Source: Elusimicrobiota bacterium
GTDB lineage: Bacteria; Elusimicrobiota; Elusimicrobia; UBA1565
Length of the DNA stretch: 64,000 nt
Reading direction: 5' to 3'
Assembly (NCBI GenBank): GCA_016196755.1
Contig: JACPXC010000010.1
Span: 7,802-71,801, forward strand
The position numbers and the translations under genes were made by a program. Shown here one piece after another: positions 1 through 13,549 of the stretch (positions within the stretch are counted from its first letter, which is position 1; each line of letters opens with the position of its first letter). The notes beneath the pieces are model-generated. The model was not told the DNA's origin, searched no databases, and saw nothing but the letters and a program-made list of their open reading frames with translations.

Positions 1-1533
1 TTGAGCCCGGAGGCCATCTTCCTCTCCGAGGTCAAAGCCGAGAAGGGGCGCCCCCAGGTCATGCACCTGCTGAAGCTCCCGATGCCGGGCTCCTCGGCGG
101 GCAAGCAGACCAAGACCGCGGCCACGCTGAGCTCCGATTTCCTCGCCGACATCGACAAGGTGGCGGCCGTCATCTCCAAGGCGCTCTCCGAGGGCTCGTG
201 GAAGTCCAAGCACGCCATGGTCTCGCTCTCCAGCGAGTTCGGCATACTGCGCTTCTTCACGATGCCGTGGATGGACCGCCGGTTCTGGAAGAGCGCGGTC
301 CCGGTGGAGGCCAAAAAGTACATTCCTATCCCCTTCCAGACCCTGGCCTCGGATTTTCAGGTCTTCGCCCTGCCGCCGGGGGCCGACAAGAAGCCGCGCC
401 TCGGCGCGCTCTACGGCGTCACCCAGCGCAAGAGCCTCGAGAGCCTGCGCAAACTCGTCGAGAAGCTGGGGCTCATCCTCGTCGGCACCGAGCTGGCCCC
501 GGTCTCGGTCGAGCGGCTCTGGGACACTCTTTCCCCGGAGACCGCGGCGACCTCCTATGCGCAGGTCCACTTCGACGGGGGCCAGACTCGGATCCTGGTC
601 TCCGACAAGGGCGTCCCGGTCTTCTACCGCGAGGTCCTGCTGGCCGACGATGCCACCGTCATGGACCGCCGCAAGGTGGACCTGGTGGGCTGCGTCGACT
701 TCACGCGCAAGCAGTTGGGTTTGGGAGAGCCCAAGAACGCGCGTGTCAGCGGCCAGGTCGGCGACATCAAATCCTGGCAGGACGCGTTCGCGCAGGACCT
801 GGGCCAGCCGGTCGCCTACCAAGACACCGACAAGCTCCTGGGTCTGCGCGGCGGCCAGTGGGGCGGCTACGCCTCGATCGGCGCGGCCCTGCGCCACCTC
901 GTCGGCGGCAGCCTGTCGCTGGACCTGAGCGCTATCGGCAAGATCTCCGACGAGGACCGCCGGGCCGCCACGACGATCCTGACCATCGGGGCCGCGCTCA
1001 CCGGCATCATGGTGCTCGTCGGCGGGACCCGCACGGCCATGCTGCACAGCTCCGAGGCCAAGCTCAAGCTGCTGACCACCGAGGGCGGGGTCTACACCGT
1101 GTTCCGCGGCAAGAAGGCCGAGGACATCGCGAACATCATCACCAGCATGCGCGACAAGATCAACTCTTTCGGCGCCCTGACCGCCCAGCAGACCCCTCTG
1201 ACCCGCATCTTCGAGATCATCGCCGAGCGCATCCCCGAGTCGGCCTGGGTCAACGACATCAAGTACGAGAACCCGCTCTCGCTCGACGGCCGCAGGTCCC
1301 TGCGCGTGCTCACCTTGAGCGGCGCGGTGTCCGACAAGAGCCGGGCCATCGAGCAGGAGGTCGCCTACCGGCTCGGCGACAACCTGCGCTCCGACCCGCG
1401 CTTCCTCGAGGCCTTCCCGGTCATCGAGCCCTCCGTCGAGGCCCCGTCCGAGAAGGACAGCGGCGAGGACTCCAAGAAGGTCACGACCTACGTGATCAAG
1501 TGCACCAGCCGCAAGGAGCGGACCGGTGCCTAG
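1..1533 (+). CDS. pilM: Type IV pilus assembly protein, PilM (actin-like ATPase fold) fused to PilN-like TM/periplasmic segment; 5' end truncated by window edge
   Basis: ORF runs to window start (ttg at 1, no upstream context). Internal TM helix (LTIGAALTGIMVLVGG) followed by a PilN-like region. Followed by pilO/pilP/pilQ genes with overlapping boundaries. Confidence 0.6.
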   Translation: MSPEAIFLSEVKAEKGRPQVMHLLKLPMPGSSAGKQTKTAATLSSDFLADIDKVAAVISKALSEGSWKSKHAMVSLSSEFGILRFFTMPWMDRRFWKSAVPVEAKKYIPIPFQTLASDFQVFALPPGADKKPRLGALYGVTQRKSLESLRKLVEKLGLILVGTELAPVSVERLWDTLSPETAATSYAQVHFDGGQTRILVSDKGVPVFYREVLLADDATVMDRRKVDLVGCVDFTRKQLGLGEPKNARVSGQVGDIKSWQDAFAQDLGQPVAYQDTDKLLGLRGGQWGGYASIGAALRHLVGGSLSLDLSAIGKISDEDRRAATTILTIGAALTGIMVLVGGTRTAMLHSSEAKLKLLTTEGGVYTVFRGKKAEDIANIITSMRDKINSFGALTAQQTPLTRIFEIIAERIPESAWVNDIKYENPLSLDGRRSLRVLTLSGAVSDKSRAIEQEVAYRLGDNLRSDPRFLEAFPVIEPSVEAPSEKDSGEDSKKVTTYVIKCTSRKERTGA

Positions 1534-2122
1534 CGTCTCGCTCGGCAAGGCCGACGTCCAGCGCTGGGTGTCGACGGCCGGCACAGAGCTCACCGTCCTG
1601 CGCGACCAGTTCCGCGAGCGCGGCTACAAGTTCTTCATCCGGCCCCTCGGCATGGCCGGGGCGGCGATGCTGGTCGGCTACTATTACGTCTACCTGCCGC
1701 CGCTTGCCCGCGCCTCGAAGGTGGCCGTCGAGCTGGGGGCGGCCCAGGCCACGGCCCAGTACGCCGAGGACTACAAGAACCTCACGGCCCGCCTCGACGG
1801 CCTCTACACCAAGCTGCCGCGCACCGACGATCCCCAGGGCTGGATCCTGGCGGAGGTCCGCAAGACGCTGCGCCAGGAGGGCATCGTCCCGCTCTCGATC
1901 TCCACGCCGACCGACGCCCCGCGGGGAGAGTATCGCTTCATCTCGATCCAGGTCCGCTGCCAGGCCAACTACCCCCAGATCGCCTCGTGGATCTCGCGCC
2001 TCGAGCGCAACGAGTCGATCCTCTTCGTCTCCGAGCTCATCCTGCGCAAGGAAAGCGAGCCGATCGGCTCCAACACCCTCGACGTGACCATCACCACCGT
2101 CGTGCCCAAGGGGGGCGCGTGA
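1526..2122 (+). CDS. pilO: Type IV pilus assembly protein PilO-like
   Basis: 198 aa, N-terminal TM helix then coiled/periplasmic domain. Sits between pilM/N and pilP-pilQ. Start overlaps the stop of the upstream gene. Confidence 0.6.
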   Translation: MPSVSLGKADVQRWVSTAGTELTVLRDQFRERGYKFFIRPLGMAGAAMLVGYYYVYLPPLARASKVAVELGAAQATAQYAEDYKNLTARLDGLYTKLPRTDDPQGWILAEVRKTLRQEGIVPLSISTPTDAPRGEYRFISIQVRCQANYPQIASWISRLERNESILFVSELILRKESEPIGSNTLDVTITTVVPKGGA

Positions 2123-2832
2123 AAGGCAAGGGGCTGGGCTGGGTGATCCTGCTCGGGGCCCTGGCCGTCCCGGCCGTCCTGTTCTTTAAGTGGTGGACCC
2201 AGATGAAAGCGGCCCAGGGCGTCGAGGCCCGCCAGACGCCTCCAGCCGGCGCTCCCTTCGGCGTGCCGGCAGCCTCCCCGCAGGCCGCCCCCATAGCCTC
2301 GGAGGCGGCACTTCCTCGCGATGACGCTCCGTCGCCCGCGCCCGTCCCTGAGACGCCTCCCGCGCAGGCGGCGCCCGAGCCCGCGTTGCCGGCGGAGCCG
2401 GCTCCGGCCCCCGTCGCCGCGGCGCCAACCCTGCTCGCCCAGGCGCCGGTCGAGACGCCTCCGATCGAAGAGCCGAGCAAGCCCCAGGCCATCGAGTACA
2501 TGCCCAAGACCTCGCGCGACCCGATGCTCTCGGTCTCCGACCTGCGCGAGCTCGCCAAGATCAAGTACCAGAAGGAGATGTCCCAGCGTCAGGTCGAAGA
2601 GGCGGCCAAGCCGCCGGAGGAGCCCGCCGCGCCGCCGCCGCGCGCGCTCTGCGAGACCCTCGAGCTGCAGGGCATCATCGGGACCGGCGGCGACGTCGCG
2701 GCCATCGTCAACGACAAGATCGTCCGCGAGGGAGACTCCCTCGGCGGCGGCGTCGTCGTCGAGCGCCTGACGACCCGCACGATTGTCTTTAAGAAGGGCC
2801 GGAAGACGTGCAACAAACGGGTGAGCAAATAG
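2119..2832 (+). CDS. pilP: PilP-like pilot lipoprotein/periplasmic protein with Pro/Ala-rich linker
   Basis: GTG start at 2119 overlaps the pilO stop (GTGA). N-terminal TM/signal, long Pro/Ala-rich region, C-terminal beta domain. Immediately upstream of the secretin gene. Confidence 0.5.
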   Translation: MKGKGLGWVILLGALAVPAVLFFKWWTQMKAAQGVEARQTPPAGAPFGVPAASPQAAPIASEAALPRDDAPSPAPVPETPPAQAAPEPALPAEPAPAPVAAAPTLLAQAPVETPPIEEPSKPQAIEYMPKTSRDPMLSVSDLRELAKIKYQKEMSQRQVEEAAKPPEEPAAPPPRALCETLELQGIIGTGGDVAAIVNDKIVREGDSLGGGVVVERLTTRTIVFKKGRKTCNKRVSK

Positions 2833-2870
2833 CGATCAGCATTCTCCGGCTCGGCCGGGAGGACGCAACG

Positions 2871-4709
<1,839 letters not shown>

Positions 4710-4710
4710 T

Positions 4711-4739
4711 ATTGACAGCCCCCAGGACCGCCGTTATCA
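4711..4739 (+). promoter_or_regulatory. Near-consensus sigma70-type promoter (TTGACA-17-TATCAT) for the pilin gene
   Basis: TTGACA at 4711-4716, 17-nt spacer, TATCAT at 4734-4739. The ATG at 4747 lies ~7 nt after the -10 box, so the mRNA may be leaderless. Confidence 0.5.
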
Positions 4740-4746
4740 TTGCGGT

Positions 4747-5238
4747 ATGAAGATCCGCCGCCGCCAAGCCGGGTTCACGCTCATCGAGCTGGTCGTCGTC
4801 GTCCTGATCATCGGGATCCTGGGTGCCGTGATGGTCCCCGGCTACACCAAGAGCGTCGAGACCTCGAAGGCCGACGACGCCGCGGCGGTCGTCCAGATGA
4901 TCGGGCAGTCCAACCGGATGTTCCGGCTCGACAACAACGCCTACGTGGCCAACGGGACGCTGACCGACTCGATGAACTCGGGGACCTGCACCGCCGGGAC
5001 GACCACGACAGGCCAGCTCATCGCCTGCAACTACCTGGCCTCGCGGAAGTGGGACGGCCTGGCCTATGCCTACTCGGTGGGCACCTCGGTGACGTGCAGC
5101 ATCCCGGGGGCCACCGCAGGCATCGCCTGCGCCAAGCGCACGGGCACGGCGGGCTCGACCTACCTCAACTGGGGCTACGTGATGGACGCCAACGGGCTGG
5201 TCAGCTATTACAACGGCGCGCCCTCACCCCACAATTAG
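4747..5238 (+). CDS. pilA: Type IV pilin / pseudopilin (prepilin with N-terminal methylation motif)
   Basis: N-terminus MKIRRRQAG|FTLIELVVVVLIIGILGAV is a class III signal with a G|FTLIE prepilin peptidase site. 163 aa. Directly downstream of pilQ. Confidence 0.85.
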   Translation: MKIRRRQAGFTLIELVVVVLIIGILGAVMVPGYTKSVETSKADDAAAVVQMIGQSNRMFRLDNNAYVANGTLTDSMNSGTCTAGTTTTGQLIACNYLASRKWDGLAYAYSVGTSVTCSIPGATAGIACAKRTGTAGSTYLNWGYVMDANGLVSYYNGAPSPHN

Positions 5239-6212
5239 GCCGGCGTAACCGTCTCGCGGAGCGCCTTGAGCGCGCGCTCGTGCGCCGCGTAGGCGCCCAA
5301 CCCCAGCCCGGCCCAGGCCAGCTCGCGCGCATGGCGCACGAGCCCGAACGCCAATCCGGCGCGGGGAGGGAGCCCGAGGAGCCCGAAGACCAGGGTCTTG
5401 CCGGCCTCCTGGGTACCGACCTTGGCGGGGACCATGAAGAGCAGGGCGTCGATCACGTTCGAGAGGACCTCGATGCGCAGAGCCGTCGTGAGGTCGATCG
5501 GGACCCCGAGGGCGCGGGCGATGAGCCAGGCCTCGCCGAGGTTCCAGGCGTAGCCCCCGGCGAAAAGGACCACCGAGGCCGCCGAGCGCAGAGGGTGGTC
5601 GGCCAGGAGGGCCAGCAGGTCCCCCGGCAGGCGGCTGACCCAGCCTCTCCAGCCCGGGCGCCCTGCGGCGGGTCCGGCCTGGACGCGGCGCCGCCCCCGC
5701 GGCCATAACCAGACGCCTACAGCACCCACGGCGCAGACGGCTAGGGCGGCCCGGGCGGGCGACTCGTAGGGCGCCACGGCGGGGACCGCCCCGCCGAAGG
5801 CCCAGCCCAGCCCCACGCAGATGAAGAGGACCTGGGCCAACCCCTGGGCGAACTTCGCCGCGACGACGCCGTTGACGCGTACCGCCATCGGTTGGGAGTC
5901 GCTCAAGAGGCTGGCGCGCGCGAACTCGCCCGCTATCGTCGCGCTGGGCGTCAGGTAGTTGACACCGTCGCCCATGACGCGGTAGCGCAGGAGGTCTCTC
6001 AGAGAGAAGGAGGCGGCGTGCTCGGGTCGGAAGGCGCAGCGCCAGGCCCAGGCGTTGAACAGGTGCGCCCCGAGCTCCTGGAACAGGATCGGGACGAAAA
6101 GCCAGCCGACCTGGAGGGTCATGGCCAGCGTCTCGGCGGGGTCCAACTGCCAGAGCAGGAAGGCCAGCATCACCAGGCCAGCGGCAAGGACGGCTTTCTT
6201 GACGAGGCTCAT
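5235..6212 (-). CDS. Lysylphosphatidylglycerol synthase TM region-like (UPF0104 / MprF flippase-like) integral membrane protein
   Basis: Multiple TM helices and a polytopic topology typical of the LPG_synthase_TM family. Start ambiguous (ATG at 6212, 6227 or 6257) because the upstream candidates lie in the inverted-repeat element. Stop overlaps the pilin stop convergently. Confidence 0.5.
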   Translation of the reverse strand: MSLVKKAVLAAGLVMLAFLLWQLDPAETLAMTLQVGWLFVPILFQELGAHLFNAWAWRCAFRPEHAASFSLRDLLRYRVMGDGVNYLTPSATIAGEFARASLLSDSQPMAVRVNGVVAAKFAQGLAQVLFICVGLGWAFGGAVPAVAPYESPARAALAVCAVGAVGVWLWPRGRRRVQAGPAAGRPGWRGWVSRLPGDLLALLADHPLRSAASVVLFAGGYAWNLGEAWLIARALGVPIDLTTALRIEVLSNVIDALLFMVPAKVGTQEAGKTLVFGLLGLPPRAGLAFGLVRHARELAWAGLGLGAYAAHERALKALRETVTPA

Positions 6213-6216
6213 ACTG

Positions 6217-6726
6217 GTGCCATACATTGAGAAGTTGAGAAGTTCGACTCCCGGCACGAAGGTGTGGGTGGGGTCCTAGAACGCCTACAGGAGATCAATT
6301 TACGCGCTTTGGGCGCGTGGATCGAAGGATTGCGATACGGCCGCAATCCTTCGATCAGGAGCAATGAACGGCAATCGGCAATAGGGTTGGCAAGCCTGCG
6401 TGCACGCTTCGCGCACGGATACGGGCCGTTCAAAGACCAAATCACAGGCTGATTCGGAGAGATATCCACCGAGCTGTCCACGTGGACAGTTCCATCAGCG
6501 CCGCGCGCGAAGCGTGCACGCAGCTCGCCGACTCCTTCCGGCGTTCTCCGTTCCAGATCCTCGAATTGCCGGTCGTTCGGCAATTCGAGGATCCACGCGC
6601 CCGAGGCGCGAAAATTTGCATTGGCTCTCATCCCCGCATTGCTCAGCCCTGGTAGCCCAGAGTTCAGTGGCATGATCCAGAAGTTCTATGGACAACGAAC
6701 TTCTCAACTTCTCAATGTATGGCACC
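6217..6726. repeat. Composite ~510-bp palindromic element with perfect 31-bp terminal inverted repeats (GGTGCCATACATTGAGAAGTTGAGAAGTTCG), internal compensatory hairpins and a central CTGTCCACGTGGACAG palindrome
   Basis: Read directly from the sequence: 6217-6247 is the exact reverse complement of 6696-6726. Both arms share conserved blocks (GGGCGCGTGGATC, CTGCGTGCACGCTTCGCGC). Each arm has its own 15-16-bp-stem hairpin at the equivalent position with different sequence. GC is lower (~54%) than the flanks. Confidence 0.85.
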
Positions 6727-6756
6727 GATGGGTGGCCCCGATGGGAATTCTACAAA

Positions 6757-7725
6757 ATGGGGTGGCGGGAGGCCGGGCCTGGGGGCTATACTGCCGATGT
6801 GCGCCGAGGCCCGACGCTGTGGCTGATCCTCCTGCTCGCCTCCGCGGCCGGCGCCGAGCCTCAGCGCTGGCACGAGACCCTGAGCCCGCACTTCCAGGTC
6901 CGCCATGAGGCCGCCTTCGCGCCGCAGGGCCTGACCCTCGACCTCGAGAAGCTCCACAACCGCCTTCGGCTCGACCTGTCGATGTTCGCGCCCTGGATGG
7001 CCAAGGAGCGCATCAACCTATACCTCTACGCCGCTCAGGCCAGCTATCTCCGGGGCCGCTTCCAGCCCCCGTCGTGGTCTAACGGGGTGGCCTTCTACCG
7101 AGACCGGACCGTCGTCACGTTCTCGGGACAGGAGGAGGGCAAGCTCATGCAGGTTCTCGGTCACGAGGCCACCCATCTGCTCTTCGAGGGCTACTGGGGG
7201 GAGCAGGGGAAGACCCCGCCGGTATGGCTCAACGAGGGCCTGGCGATGATGGAGGAGACCGACGCGGAGGGGGCGGCCGGCTCGGACTGGCGCCGGGCCA
7301 TCGAGGCCATGGACCCCAAGGACCTCATGCCGCTGGCGCGCTTCACGAAGATCTCCCCGACCAACGACCTCAAGGACGACCGGCGCGCCGTCACGTTCTG
7401 GTACGTGCAGGCCTACGGCCTGGTCAACTTCCTCTACCGCAGCCGTCCGCGCATGCAGTTCTTCAACTTCTGCGCTCAGCTCCGCGACGGGCGTACGCTC
7501 GAGGAGGCGGTCTGGAAGGTCTACCGCCTCAGGGGCCTGGCCGCGCTGGAGCGCGAGTTCCGGGCGTCGCTGGACCGCCCGGGGCGGCGCGGCCAGATAT
7601 CCTTCGCCCCGCCCTCCGCCTCCGCAGTGCCGCCGCCCTCGGGCCGCGGCGTGCCCATGACCCTCAAGCCCATCGACTTCGGGGACGCCGCCTTCAAGAG
7701 CCTGATGCCCGACGAGAAGAGATAG
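6757..7725 (+). CDS. Secreted zinc metallopeptidase-like protein (HExxH...E gluzincin motif; DUF1570/peptidase-MA-like)
   Basis: HEATH motif (LGHEATHLLFEGYWG) with a downstream NEGLAMMEE glutamate. Signal-like N-terminus (RRGPTLWLILLLASAAGA). Alternative upstream starts at 6688 or 6715 lie inside or adjacent to the inverted-repeat element. Confidence 0.5.
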   Translation: MGWREAGPGGYTADVRRGPTLWLILLLASAAGAEPQRWHETLSPHFQVRHEAAFAPQGLTLDLEKLHNRLRLDLSMFAPWMAKERINLYLYAAQASYLRGRFQPPSWSNGVAFYRDRTVVTFSGQEEGKLMQVLGHEATHLLFEGYWGEQGKTPPVWLNEGLAMMEETDAEGAAGSDWRRAIEAMDPKDLMPLARFTKISPTNDLKDDRRAVTFWYVQAYGLVNFLYRSRPRMQFFNFCAQLRDGRTLEEAVWKVYRLRGLAALEREFRASLDRPGRRGQISFAPPSASAVPPPSGRGVPMTLKPIDFGDAAFKSLMPDEKR

Positions 7726-7728
7726 GGC

Positions 7729-10557
<2,829 letters not shown>

Positions 10558-10559
10558 GG

Positions 10560-12206
10560 CTACGGCCGTCCGGCTTCCTGGCCGGCCAGGGTCCGCCCGA
10601 GGCCCCGCGACACCGAGGAGTCCCGGCGCTCGCCCTCGAGGATCTCGGGGTAGTCCACCGTGAAGTGCAGGCCGCGGCTCTCGCGCCTCGAGAGGGCGCA
10701 GCCGACGATGAGCTCGGCCAGGAGGGCGATGTTGCGCAGCTCGATGAGGTCCCGGGTCAGGAGGTAGCGCCAATAGTACTCCGAGACCTCGCGGCTGGCC
10801 GTGGCCAGCCGCTCCTGGGCCTGGCGCAGGCGCCGGTCGGAGCGCACGATTCCCACGTAGTTCCAGGTGACGCGCCGGATCGAGTCCCAGTTCTGCTCGA
10901 CGACCACGGCCTCCTCGGAAGGCACGGCCCCCTTGGTGTCCCAGTCCAAGACGCGCGGCAGCGCGCGCCGGCTCTCGGTCTCCCAGTCCGCGGCCAACGA
11001 CCGCGCCAGCCGGTGCGCCACGACGGCGCCCTCGAGCAGGGAGTTCGAGGCCAGGCGGTTGGCGCCGTGCAGGCCGGTGTGGGCGGTCTCGCCTACCGCG
11101 AAGAGGCCGGGCATCGCGGTGCGCCCGTCGGGCGCGGTCTCCACCCCGCCGCAGAAGAAGTGCGCGGCGGGGACGACCGGCAGAGGGTCCTTGGCCATGT
11201 CGAGGCCGAACTCGCGGCAGCGCGCGTCGATCGTCGGGAAGCGCTTCTCGAGGAAGTCTCGGGGCCGCGAGGTCATGTCCAGCCAGAGGTGGGGGGCGCC
11301 GGAGCGCTTCATCTCGGCATCGATGGCGCGGGCCACGACGTCGCGGGGTGCCAGGTCCTTCAAAGGATGCTCGCCCTCCATCAGGCGCTTGCCGCCCTTT
11401 GTCAGCAGGACTCCGCCCTCGCCGCGCAGGGCCTCGGAAAGCAGGAAGCGCCGGCCCGACTCGTCGGGACCGCCGGGGTTGTAGAGGCAGGTGGGATGGA
11501 ACTGGACGAACTCGAGGTTGCGGAGCTCGAGGCCGGCGCGAAACGACATCGCCATCCCGTCGCCGGTGGCCACGTCGGGGTTCGAGGTGTAGAGGTAGAC
11601 CTTGCCCGCTCCGCCGGTGGCCAAGACGACCACTCGGGCCTTGAAGGTGGCCACGGTCCCCGAGGGGGTCAGGATATAGGCGCCTAGGCAGCGGTTGCGC
11701 TGCGGGGGGGCCTCCGAGGGATGGCGCTCGAGGATGAGGTCGACGGCGGCGTGGTTCTCGTAGACCTTGATCGCGGGGTGCGCCCGACAGGCCTCGATGA
11801 GGGCGCGCTGGATCTCGCGGCCGGTCAGGTCGCCGGCGTGGAGGATCCGGCGCTGGGAGTGGCCGCCCTCCAGGCCCAGGTCCGGGCTGACGTCGCCGCC
11901 GCTGAAGCGCACCCCCGCCGAGACCAGGCGCTTGATGCAGTCCGGCCCCTCGGCCACGATGCCGCGCACGACGTCCTCCCGGCACAGACCGGCCCCGGCC
12001 TCCAGGGTGTCGCGGACGTGCGAGTCGAAGGAGTCTTCGGGGCCGGTGACGGCGGCGATGCCGCCCTGGGCGTAGCTCGAGTTCGAGCGCATGAGCTCGT
12101 CCTTGGTCACCACGCTGACGCTGCCCAGCGACGCGAGCTCGGCGGCGGCCGAGAGTCCGGCGATGCCGCTGCCCAGGATCAAAAAGTCGGTTTCTACGGC
12201 GTTCAT
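10560..12206 (-). CDS. nadB: L-aspartate oxidase
   Basis: FAD-binding N-terminus (DFLILGSGIAGLSAA). Fumarate reductase/succinate dehydrogenase flavoprotein-like body. 548 aa. Confidence 0.9.
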   Translation of the reverse strand: MNAVETDFLILGSGIAGLSAAAELASLGSVSVVTKDELMRSNSSYAQGGIAAVTGPEDSFDSHVRDTLEAGAGLCREDVVRGIVAEGPDCIKRLVSAGVRFSGGDVSPDLGLEGGHSQRRILHAGDLTGREIQRALIEACRAHPAIKVYENHAAVDLILERHPSEAPPQRNRCLGAYILTPSGTVATFKARVVVLATGGAGKVYLYTSNPDVATGDGMAMSFRAGLELRNLEFVQFHPTCLYNPGGPDESGRRFLLSEALRGEGGVLLTKGGKRLMEGEHPLKDLAPRDVVARAIDAEMKRSGAPHLWLDMTSRPRDFLEKRFPTIDARCREFGLDMAKDPLPVVPAAHFFCGGVETAPDGRTAMPGLFAVGETAHTGLHGANRLASNSLLEGAVVAHRLARSLAADWETESRRALPRVLDWDTKGAVPSEEAVVVEQNWDSIRRVTWNYVGIVRSDRRLRQAQERLATASREVSEYYWRYLLTRDLIELRNIALLAELIVGCALSRRESRGLHFTVDYPEILEGERRDSSVSRGLGRTLAGQEAGRP

Positions 12207-12260
12207 CGACGGGGGAATGTGCTACGATGCTACCAGTTTCACGACGGCCCGTCCACGCGC

Positions 12261-12785
12261 ATGATCCGCACCTTCGGACCTCATAGACCGAGAATCCATC
12301 CGACGGCCTTCGTCCACGATTCGGCGGAGGTGATCGGCAAGGTCAGCCTGGCCGCCCGCTCGTCGGTCTGGCCGCTCTGCGTCCTGCGCGGCGATGAGGA
12401 ACCCATCGTGATCGGTCCCGAGTCCAACCTCCAGGACCTCAGCGTCATCCACACCCGCGCAGGCCACCCGACCGTCCTCGGCCGGCGCGTGACGGTCGGC
12501 CACCGCGTCGTCCTGCACGGCTGCCGGATCGCCGACGGCGCGCTCATCGGGATGGGAGCCGTCGTCATGGAGGCCCGGATCGGCAAAGAGTGCCTGATCG
12601 GCGCCGGCGCCGTCGTCCCGCCGGGAGCCGTCATTGCGGCGCGCCGGCTCGTGGTCGGGGTCCCGGCCCGCGTGGTCCGGCCGCTCACCCCCAAGGAGCT
12701 CCGCGAGGTCCGGGCCGGCATGCGCGAGTACCTCCACCTTTCCAAGATCCACCGCGCCGACTCGAAGCCGGTCTTCCCGCGATGA
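12261..12785 (+). CDS. Gamma-class carbonic anhydrase family / hexapeptide-repeat (LbH) protein (YrdA/PaaY-like)
   Basis: Left-handed beta-helix hexapeptide repeats and conserved His ligands (IHPTAFVHDSAEVIGKVSL...SVIHT...VVLHGC). 174 aa. Confidence 0.8.
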   Translation: MIRTFGPHRPRIHPTAFVHDSAEVIGKVSLAARSSVWPLCVLRGDEEPIVIGPESNLQDLSVIHTRAGHPTVLGRRVTVGHRVVLHGCRIADGALIGMGAVVMEARIGKECLIGAGAVVPPGAVIAARRLVVGVPARVVRPLTPKELREVRAGMREYLHLSKIHRADSKPVFPR

Positions 12786-13549
12786 GCCTCCTCGTGGCCG
12801 CCCTCGTCGGCGCGGCCGCCGGCTGGGCCGGGGCGCGGGCCGCTCAGCGCCGGCGGGAGCTGCGGCTCGCCAGGCTCTTGTCCTTCGCCGCCCACGAGGT
12901 CAACAGCCCCCTGGCCTCCCTCAAGCTCACCTCGGCGGGCTTCCTGCAGGAGCTCTACGGCCCGGTCTCGCCGTCCCACCGGCCCTGGCTGGCGATGATC
13001 CAGGAGCAGACCACGCGCTGCGAGGCGCTGGTAGGCGACCTGCGCGACTTCATCCACCTCGAGATCCACCGCGACCTGGGCCTGCACCTCGAGCCCACCG
13101 ACTTCAAGGAGCTGCTCGAGGAGGCCGTGGCGGCCATGTCGACCGCCTTCGGGCGCGCGGACGCTCCGCTGGATGCTTCGATCCCGGCGGGCCTGCCCGA
13201 ACTCGACGCCGATCCGGACCGCCTGCGGCGCATCGTGCTGGCGATGCTGGCCCACGCCAAGAAGTTCCGGGCCAAGGACGCCGTGAAGGTGGTCGCGACC
13301 TCGAAGCCCGGCGGCGTCGAGGTCGCGGTGTCCTTCACGTCCCTGCCCATCCCCGCCGACGGCCGCGCGGCGATGCTCGACCTGTGGCAACCGGCCCTGG
13401 CGCGCGAGGGCCGCGGCACCTCCTGCGTGGGCCTCGGTCTCGGCTTCGCCGCGCGCCTGGCCGCGCTCCACGGCGGAGCGCTCGATTTCTCGCTCGACGA
13501 CGCCGGCGCCTGCCGGATCGTCCTGCGCCTTCCAGGGAGGGCGGCATGA
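12782..13549 (+). CDS. Sensor histidine kinase (single N-terminal TM, HisKA + HATPase_c), no obvious periplasmic sensor
   Basis: H-box FAAHEVNSPL; ATP-binding G-boxes near the C-terminus. ATGA overlap with the upstream gene and with the downstream receiver gene. Confidence 0.8.
   Translation: MSLLVAALVGAAAGWAGARAAQRRRELRLARLLSFAAHEVNSPLASLKLTSAGFLQELYGPVSPSHRPWLAMIQEQTTRCEALVGDLRDFIHLEIHRDLGLHLEPTDFKELLEEAVAAMSTAFGRADAPLDASIPAGLPELDADPDRLRRIVLAMLAHAKKFRAKDAVKVVATSKPGGVEVAVSFTSLPIPADGRAAMLDLWQPALAREGRGTSCVGLGLGFAARLAALHGGALDFSLDDAGACRIVLRLPGRAA

Noticed and set aside
198-2087. 629-aa ORF overlapping pilM/pilO in another frame
   Set aside because: Arg/Pro/Gly-rich composition typical of off-frame translation of 70% GC DNA. 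The overlapping frames have clear PilM/N/O features.
6264-6725. Small ORFs inside the palindromic element (62, 91, 76, 154 aa)
   Set aside because: Mirror-image ORFs are an automatic consequence of the palindrome. They have no motifs and poor codon usage, so they are treated as non-coding.
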